A stretch of DNA of 64,000 nt from Vitrella brassicaformis CCMP3155. Lineage: Eukaryota; Protista; Chromerida. Below, piece by piece: positions 46,601 to 59,716 of this stretch. The stretch covers positions 310,001 to 374,000 of the forward strand of contig CDMY01000356.1 of assembly GCA_001179505.1 (NCBI GenBank), in the 5' to 3' direction. The number at the start of each line of letters is the position of its first letter. Within the stretch, counting starts at the first letter, position 1. Position numbers and translations under genes: made by a program. The notes under the pieces are model-generated. The model saw nothing but the letters and a program-made list of their open reading frames with translations. It had not been told where the DNA came from and did not search any database.

Positions 46601-49600
46601 CTCAAGAGAGAGTTTGCTGCCAGCCATCACTGGGGCGCCGTCACATCAACCATGTTCCCTGATGCCTACTCAGCGGCACAGGATGCCCAAATCGGCGCAG
46701 AGGGGAGGCAGGTTGGTCGGGATGCGGTTCCGCCGTCTCAGCTCCCACAAGCGGGGGACTCTCGGTCGTCTTCGATGGACAAGGACATCGCGCGTCTCCC
46801 ACACAGTCTCAACTGGGACGAGGAGGACCACTTTCCGACCATCACCACTGCCGCCAACTTCATCGGGGCGGACCAACACACGGGGCCGCCAGTCGCCCCC
46901 TCTCACAGCAGTGGGCCGACAAGCACCACCAGCCCCTGGGACCATCCGCCGGCGTCAGCGAGCAGCCATCCGCCCTTGGCAGTGTCAGCGGTGCCGCCTC
47001 CCTTGTTCAGCGGCCCCCTGGGCAATATGTGGTCAGGAGGGCTGGCCACCACACGAGATGTCGGCCTGGCACTGGAGGCCGAGGTTCGTGGGGGCTGGCA
47101 GAGGCCTGCTGAGCCGGCAATCAGTGGACAGCAGCACCCACAGCAGGGGCTTGTGTCGCCGACACACCCGGCAAACGTCCTTGCGGACACAGAGCTCAGG
47201 TGCGCATGTGCCTCGGTATTTTGACGTGTAGGACCAACAACAGATCCGTTCCGTGACGGTCTTCATGTCATGTCATGTCTGTGCGCAGGCCTCCGGAGCT
47301 GGGCGAGGGATCGCCGCACTCCTCCTGGCTGATTGTCCCAGACGCCAGCAGAGAGCAGCCCCTGGCCCCCAGTGACGATGCCAAGGCGTCCCCCGCCATC
47401 AAAGTCAGCCAGGCTCCCCCGTCCCCGGCAGACGATGGCCCGCAGCGGCCGCCCCCCTTCCACGCCGCTTACCCCGCCAGCGCCGCCGAGCGTCCACTGT
47501 TCGTCCACACGCCCCCGACCAGCCCGCCCTTCAATCCACACCTACGGCCGGCGGTCGGACATGTCGACAGGCACAAGAAGGCCCCGGAGTGGTCGCCAAT
47601 GCCGTCGCCTACCCTGGGCAACTTGGCCTCACCGAAGGCGCAGCAGGAGGATGCTGCAGGCAAGGTGAAGAGGCCGCCCGACTATGGCGAGGTCACCAAT
47701 GACGGCCAGCCGAGGAGCCCCGCGGCGTTTCGCGAGCGGGGGACCACTGGCGTCTCGGTGCTGGACGTGGGGATGATGGGATGCAGTTTGGCACACACGG
47801 TGCTGAGAGGCAGAGGCCATGGGCAGCCCATCGGCCCGTCGGTGTATGATGACGTCTCGGTCATCACGCCATCAGCTCGTCTGTGGAAGGACGTCCCGCC
47901 TTCGCTTCCCGGCGGTCCGCAGGGCGCCAAGGCATTCCCTCCTGTGTACGAGGCCCCCTCTTCTCCCGCCAGCACCACCCTGCTGCACAAGCAACCGCCG
48001 TCAGACCCCTCACCCCACGCGGCGTCGCTGCGGTCGTCGCCCACTGCCGTCCTTCCCGCCCCGCCTCAGCTGGCCACCGGCCACCTGCAGCTCGCTGACA
48101 GACCCAGCAGCCACTGCATAACCGCCGTGACCAATCCTGCACCTCCAGCAGCAGCTGAGAGGGAGAGCCACACAGCCGTGGAGGCCCGTCCCCCTCCTTA
48201 CGGCGTGCCGCCTGGCATCTTGTCTGCCGGGCATAGTATGGTTGAGAGGGTGGTGGAGAGGGGCCAGCCGTCCGGCTGGACGCCCCTGTCGGGCCGCAGC
48301 TCCTTTGCGGACAACGTCCCGACAGGTGGGGGAGGCAATAACGGGGCGTTCTCTCTCTATGGCGAGGGGTCCATCGACGGCGGCACTGCGCGGTCGATCC
48401 ACTCAGACGGCACGGGCAGCTCCGTCTTGGGCGACCCCACTGTGAACCGGTCATCTGTGCTGCGGTTGAGGGGCATCCCGTTCGGGGCCTCTGCCGAGGA
48501 CGTCAGGCGTTTCTTTGACGAGCACGCGCTCAACATTCTGCCCGACGGTGTGCGGCTGCTGTTCAATCCTGACGGCCGACCGTCGGGCAAGGCCATCGTC
48601 AAGATGCGGTGAGTGTGTGTAAGGGCTGGGAGGGCCGACAGGGGGACGAAGCACAGGGACACTCCTCGGTGTGTGTTTGTCAGGGGTCACGAGGAAGCTG
48701 TCGGAGCCCAGCAGAGCCTCCACTGCAAGACCATGGGTGAGTGAGTGAGGCCGACCCACTGGCGCATTCACTCGTTTCTCGGCAAATGGGGCTCGTGTGT
48801 GTCCTCAGGGAGCCGATATATTGAGGTCTTCTTGGCGCCTCCCCGCATGTGGTCCAGCCGCAATGGCGACAGCTCTAACAGCTCCCTCGTCAACTTTCCC
48901 CTCCCCCCACGCCCAGACACCGCAACCACAGACCGATCCGTCGACGACAGACTAGGCGCCGGCCGCAATGCGCACATAAAGGGTGACGCCGTCCTCCCAT
49001 ATGCCTCCCAGCAGCGGCCACAGGAGCATGACGGTCTCGTGCAGGGAGGATACGGCGTGCCGCCCCCACCCCCTGCCCCATTTCGCCCAGGTGAGGCCCA
49101 GCGGGGAGGAGCCGGCTATTCGCTGCAGCTCCAGCAGCAGTCTCTGGTGGTCGGCAGCCAACAGCAGCAGCAGCAGCAGCCACACCGCCCATATGTTGCT
49201 GGTGCGGCGCTGGACCGCCCAACCCCTTCTGGCTTCACCCAGCAGCAGCAGCAACGGCCGGCTCCCCCTCTCCGTTCTGCTGCTGCAGCAGTGAGGCACG
49301 ACCCCTACTGGGAAGAGGCCATCAGCCTCCGGCCTCGGAGCAAGCACGGCGACCCAGTGTGGGATGAGTACCTGGACTCGAGCGGGACCGCAGACCGTGA
49401 CGGCAACGGGCGGCTCTATCAGCCTGGTGCTGTGGATAGGAGAGACCACTCACAAAGGAGCTCGTTCGTCCCGGGCACGTCCGAGGCGCACGCCGCCGTC
49501 TACAGGTGGGTGGGTGGGTGAGGCAGCCAGCCAGCCAGCCAGCCAGGAGGAGCAGGATGCGTACGCACGCTTCGTGTTGGTCTGTGTGTGTTCTGTTCAG

Positions 49601-51084
49601 GATGCTGCGTCAGGCTGCCAAGCGTGACGATGAGTATCGCCCCCCACAACAGACGACCCAGCCCGCACCCCCTCACGACCGCCGGAGACAGTACAATGAC
49701 CTGGATGTGCCATCCTTTTCCCAGCAGCAGCACCAGGGCGGTGGTGGCGGTCGCCCGCCGCCCCCTCCAGGCTTCGGAGCTCCTGTCACGCCTGGCACCA
49801 CCACTAGTAGTGTGAATCGTCCGCCGCCCCCCCCTCCTGTGGAACCGCCCCCCCGGCACCAGTCGGCCTATCCGGCCTTTGTGCAGGATCGGGCATACCC
49901 CCCTCTGAGTGGCCATCAGGGGCCGATTATCTGGGGGCAGCCATACCGGCCTATGGGGACCTATGACGGGGAACATGACAGGGCGCCCGCTGCAAGCGAC
50001 GACCACTGGTGACTGAGTGAACCAACGGATTAACTCGCGCAGCCAGACTCATTGTGACTGCTCTGGGGTCGTGCTTGTGGCTGTGTAGGTCTGGTGGTGG
50101 TGGTGGTGGTGGGTACGTAACTTCATCCGGTGCCGCCGCGAAGCACTCAGCGGTGCAGAGACAGGTATGGATAGCATCAGAGCAAGAGGCGGATGCCCAG
50201 GGGTGCCGCGCTCATCTTGGCCTGCTTGTGGTGTGTGTTCAGGTGGGTTACCACGGTGTGTCGGGTGCTGCTCCGTCAGCGAGAGGTGGTGGCGACGGTG
50301 TGGCTGGCGAGCGGCCCCCCGTGCAGTCAAGCTGGGGGACCACACAGACTGCCGACGGGAACCCGTTCCTGTCCAGAGCAGGCGGCGTGCCAGCCAGGGC
50401 TGCTGGGAGCTATCGCGAGCCTGCTCTTGGAGCCGCTGCACAGCCACCGACTGCCGTCGCTTCCGGCCGCCAGTACGGCTTTGCAGCGCAGCACCAGCCG
50501 CTACAGCAACAACAACACCAGCAGCACCACCACCCTCCAGTTGGCGGCGGTGCGGCCGGCGGGGCGTTAGAGCAGCAGAGGTTCACAGAGGAACAAGTGA
50601 GCGGACAAACAGAACGGAGAGACCTGTTAGTGCGAGAGCGAAGGATGTTGGAACGTGTGTGTGCAGGTGTTGTGGGAGTTGGTGGATGCGCTGAGGCCTG
50701 GCGACCCGCAGCACCCATTCGATGTATGGATGTGGGCCGGGCCACTGTTGACATACACACACCATCGAGACATCCATGTACACCGGTTGGCTTACCTGAC
50801 CTGTGCGTGTGTGTGCAGGTGAGGGCTGTAGACGACCTCTTTGGCAAGTTGTCCAAGCCCGCCCTGACATATTTGCTGAGGGCAAAGGTGACGCTGCAGG
50901 CCTTCCTTGAGAAACACAGCGAATTTTTCGGACTTAGCTGGAGACATGGTACACACACACACACGTGCACATCACACGCGGGGCACAGAGAGAGGGATCG
51001 CACTAGTGCCTTTCTCTGCGTGACGGGCGTGTTTGGTGGTCAGATTTGAGCGATTACGTCGTCCTTCTGAAGAAGGCGTGCTGA
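43685..51084 (+). CDS. Large RNA-binding protein with two hnRNP F/H/ESRP-type qRRMs and three LOTUS/OST-HTH-like domains
   Basis: qRRM1 (about 45035-45363): TLRLRGLPYSAKPEQIREFF...YNADGKSTGNAFVHF...RYVEIF. qRRM2 (about 48454-48832): VLRLRGIPFGASAEDVRRFF...NPDGRPSGKAIV...MGSRYIEVF. Three helical segments end in the LOTUS-like L..FL..HP.LF pattern: IGSFLRKYPMLF, LKEFLHQHPNLF, LQAFLEKHSEFF. About 16 exons, roughly 2,000 aa. Confidence 0.8.
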
Positions 51085-53517
51085 TGCTGGCTCGTCGGTC
51101 AAGTGGGTGCGGGTGGGTGGGTGTGTAGCTGAGTGCACGACGCACCCACTCCTGCACGTCTGTCTGTCTGTCTGGACGGCACGCCACGGAAAATCGTTGG
51201 TGACAAAGTGGCAGTTTTGACTTACTTACGCACTACTCTCGTGGGTTGCTCCGCCTTGTCTCAGTCTGTCTGTCTGTCTGTCTGCGTGTGTGTGTGCGTG
51301 TGGGGTAAGACAGCGGCAGCTTTGAGTATAGCTGTGGCTGTGGCTGTGAATATGACCTACCTCCTCTTAAGAGTCAGCCTATTATTATCTTGTTGCTTGC
51401 GCCGCTTGGCCGGCCGGCCAGCTAGCCGGACAGCACGCCCATTGTCAATCGGTCCAGGTGTGCCCGGCTGGCTGGTCTTTTTAGACGTCTTCTGTGCCTG
51501 TCTGTCTCCGGCCGGCCCACTGACGAGCGGCGAGCGAGGCAGGACACCTGTGTCCGTCGGTCCGCCTGCCTGCCTGCCTGCCTGCATTCCATCTTTCCGG
51601 ATGCTGACGATGGCGGTGCGCAATGATGAGCAGCGCGAGTTGTTGAATGATAGATGGATGCCTTTTGTGCTGCATGCATAGCTGCAGACATGAAGCGATC
51701 TTTCTCTCACTCTTTTTCGGGTGCTGCGATGGATGATATGCGAATGTGATGGATGTGGTGGATGTGGTGGATGTGGTAGCGTCCATCCATCCATCCATCC
51801 ATCCACCATCCGCTTTTCGTCAGCCCTTGCGCTTTGCATGGCACGGCATATACAGAGAGCGCCAAAAGCTCATCTGTACCTGCCGTGCGAAACCGTATGT
51901 GGAGTTGAGGGGAGCGGAGAGGGGGAGATGGGGCGGGGCGTGGCGGGGCGGGGCGAGATGGGCTGGGGGTAGTGGGGGTCAGGAAAGGGGCAGTTGGCCA
52001 GCTTGGCACATACATACACACAGTACAGACATGCCACTCACCTGTTGCTTCATTGACACGGGCAGGGCAGTTTCTCGTGGATGGATGGATGGGTGAAGCA
52101 GGGCGATTCATTGATTGATTGATTGTCTGACTGAGTGACTGCTTGTCTATGGATGTGTGGCAGTGGGTGTGGTGTGGCTGGGTGGTGGTGCTCTGTGCGC
52201 CTTTATCCCGGAGGGGCAGGACATATTTTTTTTTCTCTGCGATGTATCCATCCATCCACGTGTGGTTGTCTGTCTGTGTGCGCGTGAGGGGTTGTGTGTG
52301 TGTGTGTGTGTGTGTTCATGCTGCTAGGCTAGGCTAGGCCAGCTGTTGGGGGTGAACAAAACTAAACTAACTTTGACTGACTGACACGTATACACTTGCC
52401 TGCATACATACATACACACCGCATGTATCGATCGATCGATCTCCCAATCAGTATATACATGCGTGGACCAACTCATTCATGTGGCCTGGGCAGCCCTCTC
52501 TCTCTCTTGCCTTACCTACCTACCTACCTACCTACTCACCTACATACCTACCTACCCACTCCATGCATGCTTGCATACCTTCATACACGACGCCCATATA
52601 TATTCCTCCCTCGCTTTCCTCCACCCAGCCCTAGCTAGCTCGTGAATTTCTTGTCGGGGTCAGTCAGTAAATAAGTAAGTGATTGTGGCTCGGTCTCCCT
52701 CCCAATGAATGGCTCGGCACGCAACGCGCGCCGAGACAACAGAAGAGGAGGGAAGATCGATCGACCGACCGACCAGCGGGCATGCAATGCAATGCACCCA
52801 TACGCATTCATGTGTATTCGTGTATGTGTGCAGTCTGCCGTCCGTCATTTCGATCCAAGCCAGTCAGCGGCGGGGTTTGGCGAGACGGGACGAGGCGAGG
52901 CGAGGCCAATGGTGGCTGGACGGCACCAGCGTCGAGGTTGTGTCTGTGTTGTGTGAGCATGTGGGGGCATATGTCTGTGTGTCTGTGTTGCGGGTCGACA
53001 GACAGACAGACAGACAGACCAGCCCAATGACAAGTGACTGGATGGCTGACTGGCTGTGGGGTCTTTGCGACTGGGGCCGTACGTACATACGCCAATATCT
53101 CTCTGTCTCTCTGAGTGCATGACAATGTTGTTGGGCTGGTTCTATCTGTCTGGGGGAGCGTGTGAGTTGTGGTGTGGTGCAGGGGCTGTAGACACATGTA
53201 GTCGGCCAATCAGTGAGTATTCGAGTACGCATGACCGAATGGGTGGATGGATGGTGTCGGACTTGTTTGTGTGCCTGCTTGGCTTGGCTTGGCTTGGCAC
53301 ATCAGACAAAAAGGGGACATATTTCTTGATGGTGTGTCAGGTCAGGACTCGTACGTACCATGTGGGTCATGTGGGTCATGTCCACACACACACGCACACA
53401 TAAGGCGCGTGTTTTGTGAACATATGCAGCGATCTTCTCTCTTGTCAGTCCAGTCACATGTCTACTCTCTATTATCTGACCTACTCCTTGCCGCCTGCAG
53501 GGGGCTGGCTGGGAACA

Positions 53518-54962
53518 TCAAAGCTCCTCATACTTGGATGGCGCGAATATCCTCTCGTGCAGACGATTGAGCTCTCTTTGGAGCTCCGACTCGCGCGACC
53601 TAGATGCATCAACACATTCATCACCACAGCATCCACACAACCGCCCGCCCGCCCGCCAGCCGCTCACCTGCTACGTGCGTCGTCCTGAATGCCGTCAAGT
53701 CTCCTTCTATCCGCAACCGCAACATCTGGCCTGCGTGGCAGATTGGCATACGAGAGACAGAGGAGACAGGGACTATTTATTACAGACATTTGTCTTCTCA
53801 TCCCGTGTCTCGCGTACGGAGAGCTTGTCCTCAGTTTGGCGTAGAGCTTGAGTGTCTGCAGCTCGTGGTCCTCCTGCGATGCGAACAGATCCAGCTGAAG
53901 AGAAAAGCTCGCAGTAAGCACACCGGCCATTTCATGCGCCCCACAGACACGCCACGCCCCTCAACGCTACGCAGAGGTTTGTGTCCATGCTCATGACATA
54001 CGCACCCTCCCGAACACACACCAGCGACGTCTCCACATCGCCCACACCCTTCATGATGTCCATCTCCTCCGCCGCAGGCAGGCCCTTCTGCGACAGGGCG
54101 GTCATCAGGGAGTTGACGCGCTTTTTCAGGTCATCGCGACGGCCCGCCCAATATGAGGTCAGACGCCTGCAGAAGACAGGCCCTTTGTTTTTTCTCTTCT
54201 TGGTGTCGAGGGAGGCATATATCTTTCTGCTGACTCTCTGTGTTGATGGAGGGCGTCTGGCAGAGGCTCTTCGCTTCTGGTCTCTGTCTGAGAAGCGCCA
54301 GTCGTCTCCTCCTCGCCCCTGCCCCGCCACTTGGATGTCTTCTCGTCCAGCTCCCTGCATGATACGTACATGCAATCGACACACATGTGAATGCATTCAT
54401 TGGTCGCCACTATCTGTCTGAGTCGCATGCACTGACTTCTGCGACAGTGCGATGAGGTCGGTGAGCTCCTGCAGGCGGTCAGTGACGCCATCCATTCGTG
54501 CCTTGTCCGACCTGCACCCGGCAGATGGGACCCATGTGTGACAAGACGACACACAGTGCTCATGGCCGGGCCTGATCACCTGTCGGTGTTGAGGATGAGA
54601 TGGGTGAGTGTGTCCATGAGGTAGGCGTGTTCGGCAACCTTCTCAGCGTGGCTCTGCAAGGCATGAGGGCAGTGCATATTCCACGCATTGGTTGGACAGG
54701 GACGCGTCTTACCTGTGCCAGCATCCGCAGGTCGGCCACGTCGTCCTTTGAGGCGCCACCATCTATTGCAGGCTTGACAAACGTGTCATACACCTCCTCG
54801 CCCTTCACCTGCAGATACTTGCCTGCGCAGAGAAAAAAGGCATATGGACCTCTGTGCTTCGCATATCTCACTCTGCACTGGGGTCGACGGAGAAGGCGCT
54901 GCGGCGACGGAGCCCAGAAGGGGCTGGCTGATAATGAACGCGATCACTGCACGCGACACCAT
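53518..54962 (-). CDS. Hypothetical secreted helical/coiled-coil protein
   Basis: Signal-like MVSRAVIAFIISQPLLGSVAA. Phase-compatible exons give KYLQVKGEEVYDTFVKPAIDGG, DRLQELTDLIALSQKSV, KRLTSYWAGRRDDLKKRVNSLMTAL, LDLFASQEDHELQTLKLYAKL and RESELQRELNRLHERIFAPSKYEEL-stop. Confidence 0.7.
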
Positions 54963-54999
54963 GATCTTCGTCTGGCCCCCACCGGGCCCCCAAGTCTCA

Positions 55000-55007
55000 A
55001 GCTCGCA
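55000..55007 (-). promoter_or_regulatory. Candidate promoter octamer TGCGAGCT
   Basis: AGCTCGCA on + strand, 37 nt upstream of ATG 54962, in the 180-nt spacer shared with DNAI1. Confidence 0.5.
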
Positions 55008-55142
55008 ATCGGCAAAAGGGACCTCCTCCGAGTCCTCGCCGTACGAGCCTGTGAGAGAGAGGAGGCACCTTCTCCTGACGCATGCACTCTCCGCCTTGGT
55101 CTTTGTTCTTCTCGCAGGTGCCTTCCATCGGTCCATCCCATC

Positions 55143-58100
55143 ATGGCCCCGAAGAACAAGGGTGAGTCTCAGGGGAAGCGCAGCTCCCCGCTGCCAGGCC
55201 ACGCCGATGAGGCGCCCGACGAGGGAGACGCCGGAGACGACTATGACAACATGCCCGTACGCACACTGACGCAGCCTGCCTGCTCAATGAATGAGGGTGT
55301 GTGTGTGATCGATGGCGCATGATACATGCAGGTGATAGTGAAGGTAAAGCCTCAGGATCAGCTGGAACTGACGCCGGAGGAGCTGGACAAGGAGATGCCG
55401 CCACGGGTGCTGTACCCGCAGAACCCCCGTGCGCCACAGAACATCACTCAGTTCTCGTTCAAGGACCGGCAGTTCAAGCGGGACGACCAAGTCGACCAGA
55501 GCGTCTTCCACTTCTCACTTGAAGAGTCAGCTTTAAAGCCGTCCACACATCTGCAGACACACTGAGTCAGGGCCCCTTCCTTGTCTGTTTGTGTGAATGT
55601 GTGCAGGCGCATTTTCTTCAAGGACAGTCCGGAGGCAGCTGATCAGGAGGAGATGCAGCGCATCAAGGAGGAGGAGAGAAAGAAACGCGAGGAGGCCGAG
55701 GCCGTCGATGTGGAGATCGAGCAGGACCCCGACCAGCGTCGGCAGCAGAAGAGACAACACAAGTCTCCCTTGCTCATATGCTGCTGCCTGTCTATGTGTG
55801 TCGTCTTGGTTCAGCTCTCGACGAGTCTCAGCAGGTGTTGCTCCGCAATCAGTTCAACTTTTCAGACCGGGCATCGCAGTCATTCAACGCACTCCTGAGG
55901 TGAACACACGCTGCGGACAGAGACAGTCACACATACCTGGCTGTACATGTGTGTGCGTGTGCGTGCGTATGTGTGTGCGTATGGTGTGCAGGGAGCGTGG
56001 CGTATCGACGGAGCCCCCACCCTCCACCGACTTCTCGGGCACCGGTAGGTAGCCCTCTCATGCGATGCGGGACTGTCTCCTTTGTCTCATTCATTTGTGG
56101 GTGCTCTTTCTTTCTGCTTGCCTACCTTCTCGTTTACTTGCACCTGACCTGCAGTGACCCAGTGGCTGATATACGACACGTACATGGAGGACATCCAGGC
56201 ACAGCAGGCCAGAGAGGCCAAGGAGAAGGAGAGAGGGGTGAGTGGAGTGAGGGTTGGGGGGAGGGGAGACAACAAGAGGAGGGAGCTCATGTGACTGCAT
56301 TGATTGCACCTCTGGTGTGTTGACATGTCTCTATGACAGTCGCACAAGGCCGCCGAGGAGGAGCCCAAGAAGAAAAAGAAGGAGTCGGAGCTCTACTCGG
56401 ACAGAATGAAATACTTCATCAAGGTAGGTAGGTAGCACGCTCTCGACGTCTAGCTGTGTGGTGGGTGGGTAGGTACATGATGCATCCGCATCCATCCATC
56501 CAGCCATCCAGCCTGTGTCCATCCATCCATCCAGCCGTGTGTCCATGTCTGTCTGCATATAGATAACGGAGCGTTTGGTGAATCAGAACAGCGACAATGA
56601 GATCTACCACGACTTCAAATACTATGAAGACAGATCGGACGAGTACCGAGACGGAGACGGTGAGGAATGAATCGATCCAACGCACGTGTGACACGTGAAC
56701 ATATATATGGCTCTGTCAGCTACCGCCTCCCTCTCGTCCTCTCCTCTCTGCCCGCTTTTGTGTGTTGTGTGTCGGTCAGGCACGTTGTTGCCTCTGTGGC
56801 GCTTTGCGAGTGAGAAGTCAAAGCGGAAGCAGGTGACCGCCATCAAGTGGAACCCGCAGTACAAGGACTTCTTTGCTGTCGGATTCGGTCAGCAACTCGG
56901 CCCTCATATTTGTCAGGGCTTCATGTCATGCATCACGTGTGTCTGTCTGTCTCTTGATCTATATGTGTGTCTTTGTTTGCAGGTAGTTATGACTTTCTGA
57001 AGCAGGGGACGGGTGTGATATGCTGCTACACACTCAAGAACACACGACACCCCGAGTACTCATTCAACACCGACTCGGTCGGCCAGGGAGGGGCTCACCT
57101 CACACAGGCCAGCCAAAAGGGCACAACGCCAGCTGAGTATACATACGTGTGTCTCTCTCTCCCTCTCCTCGATCGGTCGATCAGGGTGTGTGTTGTCTGG
57201 ACTGGCATCCGCAGTTTCCATCGCTCCTTGCCGTCGGCCTCTACGACGGAACGGTCAGTCACCACACCACACATACAAACCACACCCACACACCGATTTC
57301 AATGTGTGACTTGGTACCTCCTGCCTGCCTGCCTGCCTGCCTGCCGTCTGTGTCTGTGTGTAGGTCCTGGTGTTTGACGTGCGTGGCAAGAACCGCAAGC
57401 CGCTTTACCAGTCGACCATCCGATCAAACAAACACACAGACCCCGTCTGGGAAGGTACCGTACGTAGCGTAGCATACCTAGGACGTCACGTCACAGTGTC
57501 TCTCTTTCTTGCGCATCCATCGATCGATTCCTTCCTTACTTGATGCAGTCCGTTGGCACGATGACGAGGCATCGAGCAATCTGTGTTTCTACTCGATTTC
57601 ATCCGATGGCCGCGTCACTTCATGGGCACTCATGAAGAACAAACTCGAACCCGAAGAGGTCACCCACCTACTCATCGCATCGCATCGCATCGCATCGCAT
57701 CGCACACACATGCCAGGCACGGCACGCACCCTCTGTGTGTCGTGTGGGTATTTTTGCGTTTAGGTGATGGAGCTGAAGCTGGTGGGCAACGCGGGCGGCA
57801 AGGGCGGGCAGGAGGACGACACGGCGCTCTCTGGTCTGGGCGGCGGCACCTGTTTCGACTTCAACAAGTTCTCGTCACACCTCTTTCTGGTCGGCACCGA
57901 GGAAGGCAAGATCCATAAGTGCTCCAAGGCCTACAGCGGACAATATCTCGAGACCTATGAGGGTCCACCTTTCCTCCATCCATCCATCCATCCATGTGTG
58001 TGTGTGTGTGTGTGTGAGTGTGTGGGCAGGTCATAGCATGGCAGTGTATGTGGTCAAGTGGAACACATACCATCAGCGGATCTTCCTGTCGGCGAGTGCT

Positions 58101-58995
58101 GACTGGACAGTCAAGCTGTGGGACCACACACAGAAGACGCCCATCATGACGTTCGACCTCGCACAGGCATGCAACCACACACACACGCACGCACGCACGC
58201 ACAGACAGACAGACACACAGACAATATTGAACCCGCACGCGCTCGTGTGCACGGCTGTGTGTGCATCCATCGCTCATCCTGCAGGCTGTGGGAGACGCTG
58301 CGTGGGCGCCCTACGCCTCCACCGTCTTTGCGGCCACCACTGCCGACGGAGTGGTTAGTCAGTCAGTCAGTCAATCGGCCAGCAAACCAGCCAAGAGCAA
58401 GAAGAGCCAGACGTGAGAGCACTTCATTCATGTCTCTCCGTCCGTCTGTTTGTCTGTCTGTAGGTGCATGTCTACGACCTGCACGTCAACAGACACGACA
58501 GAATCTGTGACCAGAAGGTCAGCCAGCCAGCCAGCCAGCCGACAATAGAGAGAAACGGGCTGGGCTGCACTCTGTGCTTGTGCAGGTGGTGAAGCGCGCC
58601 AAGTTGACGCATCTGTGTTTCAATGACGTGCACCCGATTGTGCTGGTGGGGGACGACCGCGGCGGCATCAACTGCCTCAAACTCTCACCAAACCTCAGAA
58701 AAATGCCAGTCAGTAAATCAATCAGACACAGAGACATCAGACATCAGACTGCTTTGGGAGAGGGTGGATGCTTCTATGTGTGTGTATGTTTGTGTGTTTA
58801 GGTTCCGAGTGACGCAGATAAGGATAAGAGCTTTGAGGAGCTGCAGGTCGACAAGATGAACCACCTGCTTATGATGGTACATACGCAGTAGGCTGGGGGG
58901 ATGTCTCTCTCTCTCTTATTGTCGTCGTTGGTGTGCATGCCATGCCATGCCATGCCATGCAGGTGTCGGAGACTGTGGAGGGCCGCAGCGAGTGA
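55143..58995 (+). CDS. DNAI1: Axonemal outer-arm dynein intermediate chain 1 (IC78-type)
   Basis: [149 protein letters not shown]. Confidence 0.96.
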
Positions 58996-59378
58996 TCAAT
59001 CATGGTCATTGTGCATGTGATGTGTGGACGCACTGGATAATGGGTTGCTGGACGGACGGTGGACGGATGTGTGTTGGTTCGACACACACGCACTGCCGCT
59101 GTGTCGATCGCTCGTGCTGCCTGCCTGCCTGCCTGCCTGCATTTGGGTGATATACATCCATCCTTGCGCCCCTTCCTTAACAGTTCATCCGTCGCCATAC
59201 ACAAGTAAGTCTACATAGAGTTCAGCAACGCAAAACTCTGTCTGTCTGGTTGTTTTGGTAGCTAGATGTACACACAAACTTTCTCTGCCTATCAACATGC
59301 ATGTCGCCTAGCCAATCCCACACTCGCTGCCGATCTATTCTTGCCGAGACAAACACCACACCACCTCTCAGCCCCCTC

Positions 59379-59678
59379 NNNNNNNNNNNNNNNNNNNNNN
59401 NNNNNNNNNNNNNNNNNNNNNNNNNNNNNNNNNNNNNNNNNNNNNNNNNNNNNNNNNNNNNNNNNNNNNNNNNNNNNNNNNNNNNNNNNNNNNNNNNNNN
59501 NNNNNNNNNNNNNNNNNNNNNNNNNNNNNNNNNNNNNNNNNNNNNNNNNNNNNNNNNNNNNNNNNNNNNNNNNNNNNNNNNNNNNNNNNNNNNNNNNNNN
59601 NNNNNNNNNNNNNNNNNNNNNNNNNNNNNNNNNNNNNNNNNNNNNNNNNNNNNNNNNNNNNNNNNNNNNNNNNNNNNN
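59379..59678. other. Assembly gap (300 N)
   Basis: Run of N flanked by C-rich tracts on both sides. Confidence 0.99.
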
Positions 59679-59716
59679 CCCCCCCCGCTCCCCTCCCCTC
59701 CTTGATGGCTATAAGG

